Source: Pseudomonadales bacterium
Lineage (GTDB): Bacteria > Pseudomonadota > Gammaproteobacteria > Pseudomonadales > JANQJO01
Direction of reading: 5' to 3'
Assembly (NCBI GenBank): GCA_028281605.1
Contig: JANQJO010000100.1
Coordinates: 1 to 58,027 of the forward strand
Length of the DNA stretch: 58,027 nucleotides
The first letter of the stretch is position 1. Each line of letters opens with the position of its first letter. The notes under the pieces are model-generated. The model ran no database searches and was not told the DNA's origin. It saw nothing but the letters and a program-made list of their open reading frames with translations. This document shows, piece after piece, positions 21,544-31,408 of the stretch. Position numbers and translations under genes: made by a program.

Positions 21544-21672
21544 TATACTCCCTCACAATTGAATTTTCGGGTTTGTTGCGACACTCACCACTACCCGACC
21601 ACGTATTATTTATACGCTCATGGGCTCACGTTCGTGCTGCGCCGCTCCGAAAATCCAATTGCTGTGGGTATA
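21544..21672 (-). mobile_element. Family 3 ERIC/Correia-like element, copy 1 (~129 bp)
   Basis: TATAC...GTATA ends with imperfect arms (CAATTGAATTTTCGG / CCGAAAATCCAATTG). Minus-strand core GAGCGTATAAATAATACGTG...GCAACAA is shared with 50846-50970. Confidence 0.72.
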
Positions 21673-21711
21673 TATGAATCTGTAATTTTTTTATACTTTT
21701 ACTTTATCTTA

Positions 21712-21812
21712 GGTAAGGCACAGGAAATAATCTACCCATTGTTCTCTTCTGAACTCGCTGTGCTCAAACATGCATCCGCTCAAAATGGGTAGATTATTTC
21801 CTGTGCCTTACC
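21712..21812 (-). mobile_element. Family 1 MITE-like element, copy E (101 bp, alternative arms)
   Basis: Perfect arms GGTAAGGCACAGGAAATAATCTACCCATT / AATGGGTAGATTATTTCCTGTGCCTTACC around the same core; TTA direct repeat on both sides. Confidence 0.88.
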
Positions 21813-21900
21813 TTATATTTAAAAAATAAAACCAACCTGTCAGTAAGCCCTCAAAACTTCAGGACCCTGATAAATTTACCAGAACTATTAAACATTGTCT

Positions 21901-22455
21901 CTAAAAAGACTGTTGTAAATTTGCAAATTTTTTAACCCTAGAATTTTGATCAGGAACTTGTTCTAACGCAGATTGCACACTGTAACGCAATTCACTAATA
22001 TCATAATAATTTTTCTTATAAAATCTAAGCAAGGGTAATTCAGCGATTTTAAATATTTTATCTAAAAACCCAAAACCAACAAAATCATTCTGTAAAGTTG
22101 TCGAAGGATTGATCAATTGAATAGCAGCTAAGATCCGTGTTGTTCTTCTATCACATAAAACAAAATCTACTTGCTGCCGTCTGAGTTGATTATAGGCTTG
22201 AACTTTTTTCTTAAAAGGTAAATCTTTTTGAAGATTGATCAAATCTGATACTTGAATTTTACCCATTATTAAGTATTGATCCCCCAATGCTCTGATCAAA
22301 GATGCTAAAAATTTCCGCTCACTGTTTGTATAAAAATAATGCTTAGGCGCGTAAATTACCTCAGCTTTACCAGGATACAACGCCTCAATACGCATCAAAA
22401 AAATTATACACATAACAAATAATATTGAGATACTTGCAAAAACATAAACAGTCAT
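21901..22455 (-). CDS. DUF2726 family protein
   Basis: N-terminal TM; SERKFL..L..ALG, GKIQVSDLI, VDFVLCD and LPLLRF motifs. Confidence 0.75.
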   Translation of the reverse strand: MTVYVFASISILFVMCIIFLMRIEALYPGKAEVIYAPKHYFYTNSERKFLASLIRALGDQYLIMGKIQVSDLINLQKDLPFKKKVQAYNQLRRQQVDFVLCDRRTTRILAAIQLINPSTTLQNDFVGFGFLDKIFKIAELPLLRFYKKNYYDISELRYSVQSALEQVPDQNSRVKKFANLQQSF

Positions 22456-22626
22456 ACATTCATACTCTCTTTACACGATTGATATTGTACTGGTTCTGCC
22501 AGTATCAGAGATTCACTGTATTTTATAAAGCAATTTATGTTCCCAAAAAATTCAAAAAAGACTTCTTCAGAACTGAAATAAAATCCAAATCAACACTATA
22601 ATCAAATTGTCCATACCCATACTGTT

Positions 22627-25095
22627 TTGTTGTTAAACAAGGATTTCTTAGTATTTATGTGGAAAAATATCAATAGAAAAAGGCATAACAGAAAAAAACT
22701 TCATTCTCTTAACGCATATAATCAAGAAAATCACCTCAATTTAATCTCATCATCAATAATATTAATGTTCGCATATATATTGCCATCAATTATTCACCCT
22801 AATATTAGTTTCGCCACAATGGATACAATTTTATCCAGCATTGAATCTACACAACACACCTCTATTTCATTTTACACGGGCTTATGGTATGGAGTTATAT
22901 TGTTATCTATATTATGTGGCAGCATAGTCACACTGGCTTTAAGAAAAATATATTATGTTTTTTTTATAATACATATTTCAACACTCTTATCAATCAAACT
23001 ATTACTTACAGAGCTACAAGATAATTTTCTGTGGCACTATATTTCTTATGTTAATTCTTATTTCTTAAGTTTTTTGTTGATCACTAGCATAATCAGTATA
23101 ATCTTTTTCTCTAAAGATTTTTTTAGAGAAAAAGATTATACGTTACCCTCTCCATTCAAGTTATCATTTATACGAATTTTCACAATTACTATAGACTCAT
23201 TTAAAAACAAAAATATTTTATATTTTGTTATTGCTTGGAATATACTTTTAAGTGCTCTATTCATTGAAGTATTAAGAGTATCAAACATAATATCTAATAC
23301 ATTTTTTGTGGAAAACTATTTATATGCAGCCTGCTTTTTTGAAAGCCTGTTTATCACTTTAGCCTGCTCTTTAAACGCATTAGAACAAGAAAAAAAAACT
23401 TCAGCACTTGAAACTTTAAGCAAATCTGCTTTAAAATGTAGCACTTTAGCTTACAAAGAAAGAGAGCAAGCCAAGTCTGAAACACGCCACAAAAGTGAAT
23501 TCATTGCGGCCATGAGCCATGAAATAAGAACCCCAATGAATGGTGTCTTAGGAATGACTGAACTACTAACTGATACTAGCTTGAATTTTCGTCAATCACA
23601 ATATGTTAAAACCATACAAAGCTCAGCTCAAATTTTATTAACTATTCTTGATGACATCTTAGATGAATCCAAACTAAAAGCAGGGAAAATGATGATTGAA
23701 ACCATTTCTTTTAACTTAGAAGAGACATTAGAAAAATCCGTTTCTCTGTTTTCAAGAAAGCTGATGTCTCAAGATCTAAAATTTTATGTGTTTCATGATT
23801 TTAATATACCCAGTAATTTAAAAGGCGATGCATCAAGGCTACAGCAGATTATAACAAATTTACTAAGTAATTCTTTTAAATTTACTAAATCTGGTTTCAT
23901 TAAGCTTTCCTCTTCACTGCAACAAACACAAAACAACAAAGCAGTAATTAAATTTTCAGTAGAAGATAGTGGTATTGGTTTAAGTGAAGCACAACAAGGT
24001 AAATTATTTCAATCTTTTAGCCAAGCAGATTCAAGTACTAGCAGGCAATACGGAGGAACCGGTTTAGGTTTATCCATATCGCAAAAACTTGTTCATTTAA
24101 TGGGAGGTGAAATAGGAGTCGAAAGTGCTCTCAACCAAGGATCAATATTTTGGTTCACCATAGAAGTAGAAATAGATGACAATACACAAAACAATTCCAA
24201 TTTTGCTAATCACTGTATTCATTTAATCAGTTGTGATGAGATCCTTAAGCATTGCCTTAAACAATATTTTGACTACTGGGGTATACAGTTCAGCACCACC
24301 GAAATAGAACCATGGCCAATATCAGAAAAAAAAGGGAAAGCTGATATACCTCAAACAGCAGAATTTATTTTGGTTGATGTTGATAGTTTTGGACATAAAT
24401 CTTTAGATTTAATTTATTCACATTATCAAAAATTAACAAATTTTATACCTTTTTATTTTCTCAGTCGTATTTCATCTCTATTAGAACAAGATTCAAATTC
24501 ACAACAAATTGAATATAACCTGTTGGAAGCCCCCCTTACACCCATTCGACTAAAAAGAGCTTTGAACAACTGTTTTTCAAACAATGTAAACAAACAAAAA
24601 CAAGTCAAAGAACTGAACATTAAAGAAGAATTTAAGCAGCTAAACATCCTTATCGCAGAAGATAACCCCGTCAACCAATATGTTATTAAAGGTTTATTGT
24701 CCAAATTTGGCATTATTCCTTCTATTGTTAACAATGGTGTAGAGGTTGTTAAAGCTTATTCACAAAAACCAGAGTATTATAATATTATCTTCATGGACTG
24801 TGAAATGCCAGAAATGGATGGATTCGAAGCCACCCAGAAAATTAGATGCTTTGAAAAAAATCAAGCTTTAAAACCCATTCCAATTATTGCAATCAGTGCA
24901 CATGTTATGCAAGAGCATAAAAATCATTGCTGGTCATCAGGTATGAATGCTCATATCAGCAAACCAATCAGCCGCGCCAAACTTCAAGAGTATTTAAGTT
25001 TATACGCCAATAAAATAAGACAATCCCAACAAAAGACAAAACAACAAAGCATTTCAAAAAAAATAAATTACAATGTTAATAGTAAAAAAATGTAA
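22627..25095 (+). CDS. Hybrid sensor histidine kinase/response regulator
   Basis: H-box [15 protein letters not shown]-box [11 protein letters not shown]-boxes DSGIG and GGTGLGL; C-terminal receiver (AEDN, FMDCEMP, SKP); hydrophobic N-terminus. True start uncertain. Confidence 0.92.
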   Translation: MLLNKDFLVFMWKNINRKRHNRKKLHSLNAYNQENHLNLISSSIILMFAYILPSIIHPNISFATMDTILSSIESTQHTSISFYTGLWYGVILLSILCGSIVTLALRKIYYVFFIIHISTLLSIKLLLTELQDNFLWHYISYVNSYFLSFLLITSIISIIFFSKDFFREKDYTLPSPFKLSFIRIFTITIDSFKNKNILYFVIAWNILLSALFIEVLRVSNIISNTFFVENYLYAACFFESLFITLACSLNALEQEKKTSALETLSKSALKCSTLAYKEREQAKSETRHKSEFIAAMSHEIRTPMNGVLGMTELLTDTSLNFRQSQYVKTIQSSAQILLTILDDILDESKLKAGKMMIETISFNLEETLEKSVSLFSRKLMSQDLKFYVFHDFNIPSNLKGDASRLQQIITNLLSNSFKFTKSGFIKLSSSLQQTQNNKAVIKFSVEDSGIGLSEAQQGKLFQSFSQADSSTSRQYGGTGLGLSISQKLVHLMGGEIGVESALNQGSIFWFTIEVEIDDNTQNNSNFANHCIHLISCDEILKHCLKQYFDYWGIQFSTTEIEPWPISEKKGKADIPQTAEFILVDVDSFGHKSLDLIYSHYQKLTNFIPFYFLSRISSLLEQDSNSQQIEYNLLEAPLTPIRLKRALNNCFSNNVNKQKQVKELNIKEEFKQLNILIAEDNPVNQYVIKGLLSKFGIIPSIVNNGVEVVKAYSQKPEYYNIIFMDCEMPEMDGFEATQKIRCFEKNQALKPIPIIAISAHVMQEHKNHCWSSGMNAHISKPISRAKLQEYLSLYANKIRQSQQKTKQQSISKKINYNVNSKKM

Positions 25096-25228
25096 ATCCT
25101 TAATAAACCAACAGCAGTTCAGTTTCTTTTAAATTACTCTTTACATTCGTCAGATTATTTAACATCTGAATCTTACAACAGCTTATATACACGTATTAAT
25201 TCATTGTAATTAAATCAATATCAGTTAA

Positions 25229-25244
25229 TGGCGTAATGATTGCT
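25229..25244 (+). promoter_or_regulatory. Sigma-54 (-24/-12) promoter candidate
   Basis: TGGCGT-AATGA-TTGCT matches TGGCAC-N5-TTGCW; lies upstream of a PEP-CTERM-like gene. Confidence 0.65.
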
Positions 25245-25340
25245 TACAAGTCATAAGAACTAATCTTTGTGATTATATCTCTTGGTCGCATAAAATTAAT
25301 TATGCTTTATGGCAACAAACCAATAGGAAGAGTTAACGTT

Positions 25341-26093
25341 ATGTCTATTTTTTTAAAAAAAATATTAAAGGTTATGCCTTTTTGTATCGCAGCTGTCATA
25401 TCTGGTCACACACTGGCTATACCCTACCAAGTACTGATGGATGACGTTGTATCAGCTAATTGGGCCGATATGCACGATGGAGTTGGGGATTTATATGATA
25501 CAGGAAGCGTCAAGCAGATAGATGTGAACTATCAAGAGCGAGTCACATGGGGTAATTCAGCCACGGGTGACCCTGACCCACAGTTTTGGGAAAGCCTGCA
25601 ATACGGAAACAATCATAAAGCCATTTTTGCCAATCAAGGTGGCACAGAAGTGTTGGAAGTCGAAATTAACGGTTTAAACGGTCATACCGTTGAATTAAAA
25701 CAAGTCATTCTAGGACGCTGGTATCCTGATGCGATTAATACTCTAGGAAGTGATTGGCGGCTGTACGATGGAGCTTGGAATCTCTTAGATTCAGGTAACA
25801 CAGTGATGACCGACTTCGTTGATTATTTCCTTAATTTCAACTTTGGTAGCTTTGATACATTACGTTTTCAATTAGGTCACGATAATTGGGATAACGGCAT
25901 AATTGGTTTTACTTTCGACACAGACGTTGCCAACGGCGTACTGGATCTTGTCCGTGATGATATAGAAGCCCCCACACCTAATGTACCCGTAACACCGCCA
26001 AACATCAATGTATCTGAGCCTAGTATAAGTGCTCTTTTTGCATTATGTATTGGGTTACTTATGTTAAGAGGTCGTGAGAGAGGCTTCCAGTAA
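25341..26093 (+). CDS. PEP-CTERM-like sorted surface protein (VSEP variant)
   Basis: Signal peptide from the ATG at 25341 (AGGAAG upstream; track starts at 25269); Pro/Thr linker; C-terminal VSEPSISALFALCIGLLMLRGRER. Confidence 0.78.
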   Translation: MSIFLKKILKVMPFCIAAVISGHTLAIPYQVLMDDVVSANWADMHDGVGDLYDTGSVKQIDVNYQERVTWGNSATGDPDPQFWESLQYGNNHKAIFANQGGTEVLEVEINGLNGHTVELKQVILGRWYPDAINTLGSDWRLYDGAWNLLDSGNTVMTDFVDYFLNFNFGSFDTLRFQLGHDNWDNGIIGFTFDTDVANGVLDLVRDDIEAPTPNVPVTPPNINVSEPSISALFALCIGLLMLRGRERGFQ

Positions 26094-26117
26094 ATATCAA
26101 AGCTCATCTTTACACAC

Positions 26118-26145
26118 ATCGCCGATGGTTAACAGCATCGGCGAT
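26118..26145. terminator. GC-rich hairpin after the PEP-CTERM-like gene
   Basis: ATCGCCGATG-N8-CATCGGCGAT perfect 10-bp stem; no clear U-tract. Confidence 0.5.
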
Positions 26146-26219
26146 ACTTAAAAGTTGAATCTAACCATACTTCTTAATCTACAATCTGAAAACTCCAATC
26201 TACCAAAAAAAAATAAACT

Positions 26220-27605
26220 ATGCTTCAACCAAATACAATAAAAAAGCCGAGTGATAAAGTAGATTCGTACGCAGAAACGGAAGCACAACCGCGTCTTAGC
26301 AAAAAAAGAAAGCGCACTGATCCAGATTCAAAAAAAAAGCATACAGCAAGATTATCAACAACTAATAAAATAGAAAAAATGAGGGGACCGAACACTAAAA
26401 AAATAATATTGTCCGGCATCTGTCAAAAGCATCATCAGAAAATTGATCGTGTTTCTACTCCAGACCTCTTGAATAGGCATCAAACAGAAGGTTGGGGTAA
26501 ACATGAAAATAAATTGATAGGCCAAGGAAGACTAAACAGGGTATATTGTGAATGGGGAGAGGTGTTAATAAAATGCTCAAGTGAAATAAAACCAGAAAAG
26601 ACAGAAAAAGAATATCAAACGCAGTTATTCGATAAGATTATAAATCAACTGGCTTTACAACACCTTCATAATTGCTCAGAAGAAATTGATAGTAAAATTC
26701 ACAGATCATTCAAAAATCACGAAAACTATGAATTAATTGAATTTGTCTTACCAACAATTAAATTTCCCAAACCCTATGGTATCTTCAATAGCAATGGTTA
26801 TGGAGAAATCATTGCATGTGAAAGCTTAGAGCCTTCAGGGTCAGAAAAAGCGATGAATTTGATTGAAATGATTCAACTTAGCCCTGGTGGGCATATCGAA
26901 AATGACAAACAAATAGTTATTGCGTTTCAACTTTTGTTGTGTCTCTTTAAAATGAAATCGGCTGGAATAGTACATGGGGATATTAAATTAGAAAACATTA
27001 CTCTAAATATGGAAGATAATCACATTTGGCCTCTTGCAATGATTGATTTAGGCTATTGTAAAGCTTTTCAAAACCAAGAAGGCAGCAACTTTAAAAAAGT
27101 AATGGAATCTTACTGTGAAAATAAAGATTTAACCGATCACATAATTGAATCTTCCGGACTATTAGATTTTTTTCACAGTATCAATGGGACATCAAGGTAT
27201 ATAGCCCCAGAAACTTTAAGAAAATGCCAGAAGAAGAAATATAACACTGAAATAGATTTAAATAAATCAGATATTTGGTGTGTTGGAATAGTCCTTTATA
27301 TCTTGCAATTTAAGACCTTCCCATTTGAGAAACAAGCACAGTACCATACAGTTGAAATGAAACCTCTTCATAAAGATATTCTTGAAGAGTCCGAATATGG
27401 CAAACTTATTTTAAAAATGTTAAACCAATCGGAAACAGAAAGACCAGATGTAGTTGAGTTGATTAATGATCTTTTGAAGATCCCTGCCTTAAAATCAGCT
27501 ATCCCGTTTAAAGACAAGATTGGCAATCTGCTCGGAAATCAAACCCATCAAAAAAATCAAAACAGCTGTCACCAACAACAAAGCGCTCATATTAGTAAAG
27601 CGTGA
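26220..27605 (+). CDS. Eukaryote-like Ser/Thr kinase, putative effector
   Basis: GQGRLNRV, VLIK, HGDIKLEN, IDLG, GTSRYIAPE and DIWCVG motifs; basic N-terminal extension. Confidence 0.8.
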   Translation: MLQPNTIKKPSDKVDSYAETEAQPRLSKKRKRTDPDSKKKHTARLSTTNKIEKMRGPNTKKIILSGICQKHHQKIDRVSTPDLLNRHQTEGWGKHENKLIGQGRLNRVYCEWGEVLIKCSSEIKPEKTEKEYQTQLFDKIINQLALQHLHNCSEEIDSKIHRSFKNHENYELIEFVLPTIKFPKPYGIFNSNGYGEIIACESLEPSGSEKAMNLIEMIQLSPGGHIENDKQIVIAFQLLLCLFKMKSAGIVHGDIKLENITLNMEDNHIWPLAMIDLGYCKAFQNQEGSNFKKVMESYCENKDLTDHIIESSGLLDFFHSINGTSRYIAPETLRKCQKKKYNTEIDLNKSDIWCVGIVLYILQFKTFPFEKQAQYHTVEMKPLHKDILEESEYGKLILKMLNQSETERPDVVELINDLLKIPALKSAIPFKDKIGNLLGNQTHQKNQNSCHQQQSAHISKA

Positions 27606-28370
27606 AAAATTGACAAAAGTATAACTGTAATACCCTACACCTAACATAAAAAAGAACAAACTGATAGGCGTAAAAATTTTCAAGGGAGAATACAAGGTCC
27701 CTATTTTAAAAATAATAAGTAAAAACTTAACGCCATCTTTCCAAACATTAATATGGCTTTTACCAATACGTTCAGGCGCTACAATAGGCACATAGCTGAT
27801 CGCATAGCCGGCTCTAAAAAAAGCCATGGTCACCGTCGTTGGATAAGAAAAGCCATTAGGCATCAAATACAAAAACTCAAGAATCTTTTCTCTACGGACA
27901 GCTCTAAATCCAGAAGTTAAATCTAAAACCGTATGACTCACCATCCAAGAAGCCAACTGATTATAAAAAGCATTACCTAACAAGCGTGCTAAGCTGGCCT
28001 GTGAAGCTTTATTTCGTGCCCCCACAACCATATCATACCCTTGCGATAAACGTTCTAATAAAGAGTCAATTGCTTCGGGTCGATGCTGACCATCTGCATC
28101 CATTAACACTAAAATATCTGAACAAGCATGACGAATCCCAGTTTTCACTGCCGCTCCATTGCCTTGACTGTAACGATGAGAAACCACCTCTACTTGCGAG
28201 GACTCACACACCGCTACCGTATCATCTGTTGAACCATCATCCACCACTAAAATTTGGGCTTCTGGAAATTTTGCTCTCAATTGTGGTAATAAAGAAACTA
28301 ACGATTGCGCTTCATTTTTTGCAGGTAATACAATCGAAAGGTTTTGAGTAAGCTTCGTGTTCATACGCAT
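27495..28370 (-). CDS. GT2 glycosyltransferase (Dpm1/GtrB-like) with C-terminal TM helices
   Basis: SIVLPAKNE, VVDDGSTD, MDADGQH and DLTSGFRA motifs; two C-terminal hydrophobic segments. Confidence 0.88.
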   Translation of the reverse strand: MRMNTKLTQNLSIVLPAKNEAQSLVSLLPQLRAKFPEAQILVVDDGSTDDTVAVCESSQVEVVSHRYSQGNGAAVKTGIRHACSDILVLMDADGQHRPEAIDSLLERLSQGYDMVVGARNKASQASLARLLGNAFYNQLASWMVSHTVLDLTSGFRAVRREKILEFLYLMPNGFSYPTTVTMAFFRAGYAISYVPIVAPERIGKSHINVWKDGVKFLLIIFKIGTLYSPLKIFTPISLFFFMLGVGYYSYTFVNFSRFTNMSALLLVTAVLIFLMGLISEQIANLVFKRDS

Positions 28371-28396
28371 ATTCCCTCATCAATCAGCTTCTAAAG

Positions 28397-30376
28397 TCAG
28401 TTTGGCCTACTTTGCGTTCTACCTTGCAAATTTTGTGATAAAGATTGCAACAATCCTTGATATTTGAGTTTCAATTGAGGCTCCAAAGTCTCAGCATCAA
28501 GACGATGTAATACCTGATGACTCTCCTCATAACGAGCCGCTGCAAACAGGGCCATTGCCAAATTAATCGTATATAAACTTTGCTCTGGTACCAACTGCTC
28601 AGCCTGAGCAAAATAATACACCGCAGGTTCAATTACACCTTGTGTTAAGGTATAAACACCAACCTCATGCCAAAAATGAGCTTTATACTTCCCAGCAAAG
28701 CTCTGATTAAGGTCCACAGCCTGCACCATTTGATTAATGAATCCGATATCGTTGCGACAGTGCTGGCTGGTTTGGCACTGCATAAAATCAAATAAATGGT
28801 GTCTGTTTTCATTATCCATCACCACAACAGGCAAACGCTCTAACAATACAGTTTGCCAACGCACCTCACTCGGCAAACCTACACGATCGTTTAATCTAAT
28901 CAGACCGAGCAAACCTGATAAGTTGTTATCATCGGCTTGATAAGCCAAAGTCAAATGCTCTTTGGCTTTCGTATAATAAGCTTCATTAACACCCTGAACA
29001 CCCTGCTCAGCTTGCGCAATCACTTGCGCGAAATACCATCTAGCTGCTGCGTATTGGCTACGCGCAGAATCAGCCTTACGCACCACCTCTGAAGCCACCA
29101 AGTGTGGCCAATCCTGCCAATGGGATGCCCGCAGAGTAGTCCCAGTAAACATCAACAACACAAAAGCCCAAGCCCATTTTGGCGTCATGAGCCTTTGCAA
29201 CTGAGGCACCTCAGCTACTTTTTGTACCAACGCGTACAGCGCTAATAACAAACCAATCATTGGAAAATAGTTACGATGCTCATGTACCAATTCTAAAGCA
29301 AAAATACTAGACTCCAAGCCATGCCCAATTAAAAACCAACTCATGCCCAATGCAAACAAAGGCCTCTTGTGACGCCAATACCACAGTAAAACCAAGACCA
29401 TAACCCAGGCCAATAAGGCAACAAAAGTACTCACAGGAACAAAAAGGCCTTTAGACAAAACAAAATCATCATGAAATAAAGACATCAAACCCACATCAGG
29501 CAAAACAATTAAACGGACATAAAACCATAAAGCTCTTGCTTGGGTCAGCAAACGTTCCATCAATGAAAAAGATCGTGTCTCATAGCCCTGGCTAACCCAT
29601 TCCCAATGTGCTAACAACACACTCCCTGCTAACACCATTAAGACGCCAAACAACCCCCAAAACACCTGCAATGCGAGACGAATTCGCCCAGACTGAGCAC
29701 GAAAACGTAAAATAAACACTTCCAAACTAGCAAAAACCACCCATAAGCACAGCGCATTTTCCTTACTCAACAGGCCTAACAACCAGGCACTCAAACATCC
29801 TATGAGATAAGGCCAAGCCCACTTCCCCTGCTCAATTTGCAAACGACGTGCTTGCAAATAAGCATATAAAGACAATAACATCCATAAAGTAGCTAAACTG
29901 GTCATACGTTGTACTACATATAACACAGAAGTTAAATTCAAAGGATGTAGTAGCCAAATAGAAGCTAGGCATAACGCGACACCCTGAATCTGCTGTTGCC
30001 CCGTTGCTAAACGCAACAAACGATGCAAAACCACAAGCAATAGACAACCTGCCAGCATATGTATCATAAGATTAGTTAATTTAAAGATAAACGGCTCTAA
30101 GCCTGCACCGTAATAATTGATCGCTAGCGTAAATAAAGCCACAGGCCGCCCTAAAGGCCCGGTTTGAGAAGAGGTCAACGCATGCTCGATAGCATCAAAA
30201 GTTAAGACTTTAAGGTGTAACGCACTGTTTTCAACGAAGGTACTAAAATCATCAAAGACAAAAGGGCCAGAAAGACCAGGACTGTAGGCAATGCAGGTAA
30301 GCAGTAAAACCGCACAAAAAGCCCTAACTATATGGTCTTGAAACAATTTGCCGAGCTTCCTACTCACCCCTGTCAT
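28397..30376 (-). CDS. Multi-TM GT-C-type glycosyltransferase with TPR tail (TMTC/TfpW-like)
   Basis: GPFVFDD, GRPV, LHPLN..SVLYVVQR, LLSKENA and EHRNYFP motifs; TPR-like C-terminus; immediately downstream of pilA. Confidence 0.75.
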   Translation of the reverse strand: MTGVSRKLGKLFQDHIVRAFCAVLLLTCIAYSPGLSGPFVFDDFSTFVENSALHLKVLTFDAIEHALTSSQTGPLGRPVALFTLAINYYGAGLEPFIFKLTNLMIHMLAGCLLLVVLHRLLRLATGQQQIQGVALCLASIWLLHPLNLTSVLYVVQRMTSLATLWMLLSLYAYLQARRLQIEQGKWAWPYLIGCLSAWLLGLLSKENALCLWVVFASLEVFILRFRAQSGRIRLALQVFWGLFGVLMVLAGSVLLAHWEWVSQGYETRSFSLMERLLTQARALWFYVRLIVLPDVGLMSLFHDDFVLSKGLFVPVSTFVALLAWVMVLVLLWYWRHKRPLFALGMSWFLIGHGLESSIFALELVHEHRNYFPMIGLLLALYALVQKVAEVPQLQRLMTPKWAWAFVLLMFTGTTLRASHWQDWPHLVASEVVRKADSARSQYAAARWYFAQVIAQAEQGVQGVNEAYYTKAKEHLTLAYQADDNNLSGLLGLIRLNDRVGLPSEVRWQTVLLERLPVVVMDNENRHHLFDFMQCQTSQHCRNDIGFINQMVQAVDLNQSFAGKYKAHFWHEVGVYTLTQGVIEPAVYYFAQAEQLVPEQSLYTINLAMALFAAARYEESHQVLHRLDAETLEPQLKLKYQGLLQSLSQNLQGRTQSRPN

Positions 30377-30382
30377 CAGCTT

Positions 30383-30425
30383 CTATCCATAATCCATCCA
30401 TAATCCATCCATAATCTATCCATAA
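30383..30425. repeat. 11-bp tandem repeat (~4 units) just upstream of the GT-C gene
   Basis: C(T/C)ATCCATAAT at 30383, 30394, 30405 and 30416 (last unit imperfect). Confidence 0.85.
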
Positions 30426-30443
30426 AACAAGCTTACCTAACAT

Positions 30444-30472
30444 AAAAAAAGCCACACTAAGAACGTGTGGCT
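30444..30472 (-). terminator. Rho-independent terminator downstream of pilA
   Basis: On the minus strand, AGCCACAC-N7-GTGTGGCT followed by a T run. Confidence 0.75.
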
Positions 30473-30535
30473 GAGGATGGTTGATTGTTTTATAATCTTT
30501 TCTACTAAACAGTATCGATATGGGGTCGCATCGCG

Positions 30536-31009
30536 TTACTGCCTACAATCTGTTGGTAAGTAACGAGAAGCCAAGTTAGTAGTACCTGAAGTCGCAACTG
30601 ACACACCCGATGGAGCACTGGCTCGACCACAAACCCAAACAATCTGGTTAGCAGGGTTGGTTCCAGGTGATAGCGCTAAAGTTTGACCAGAGATATTTGC
30701 ATTCACCCTATTACCAAAAGTCACCGTAATTGCACCTGAGCTCACATTAATACCAGAGACATAGTTACCAGTATAACTGGAGTTAGCCGCCAACCCAGCC
30801 GAAGCATTATTAGAAGGCATAGAGCCACGAGTTGAATAATAGTCAGATACCGCTGCTTTCAACTCACTGGTCATGTTCAAACCTTCTGAAACCTGCGAAC
30901 GAATAGTGTAATCTTGATACTGTGGTACAGCGACTGCGGCTAAGATGCCAATAATAGCCACCACAATCATCAATTCGATCAGAGTAAAACCTTGCTGACG
31001 TGCTTTCAT
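30536..31009 (-). CDS. pilA: Type IVa major pilin
   Basis: Class III leader QQG|[18 protein letters not shown]; C-terminal Cys pair; divergent from pilBCD. Confidence 0.95.
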   Translation of the reverse strand: MKARQQGFTLIELMIVVAIIGILAAVAVPQYQDYTIRSQVSEGLNMTSELKAAVSDYYSTRGSMPSNNASAGLAANSSYTGNYVSGINVSSGAITVTFGNRVNANISGQTLALSPGTNPANQIVWVCGRASAPSGVSVATSGTTNLASRYLPTDCRQ

Positions 31010-31099
31010 GTTACTTCTCCAAAAAGTTTGGGGTTGGGGTGTTGGTTGTTTAAGTTCAAAACGCTTTTCACGCTTAATTCAAGTCTCAAATAATTAGAA

Positions 31100-31115
31100 T
31101 GCAGCGCTTGTGCCA
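31100..31115 (-). promoter_or_regulatory. Sigma-54 promoter of pilA
   Basis: Minus strand TGGCAC-AAGCG-CTGCA about 90 bp upstream of pilA; pilA is RpoN/PilR-dependent in Pseudomonas. Confidence 0.72.
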
Positions 31116-31246
31116 AATCTGATCAATACACCTACTGACAGACTAGTGGGCAGATTTTGCGGTGCTTTTTTGCTTAGGTCAATAAAAAATATGAACACAC
31201 CCTCTCTTTTTTCTTGCCGGATACTGTCCTTTTTAGGAGGATTTAC

Positions 31247-31259
31247 GACAAATTTTGTC
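31247..31259. promoter_or_regulatory. Candidate upstream activator (PilR-type) palindrome
   Basis: GACA-AATTT-TGTC about 130 bp upstream of the sigma-54 site. Confidence 0.4.
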
Positions 31260-31408
31260 AGCCGCAAACACGCTATAATGAAAGCATACTACATAATTGA
31301 TCAATGGAAAAAAGACACAACAAACTTACAATGCTTTAAAAAACGTAAACTTGATACAATGCCTAACGTTTATCTTAATCAATTGTTATATCCAACAGAG
31401 CTAATATC

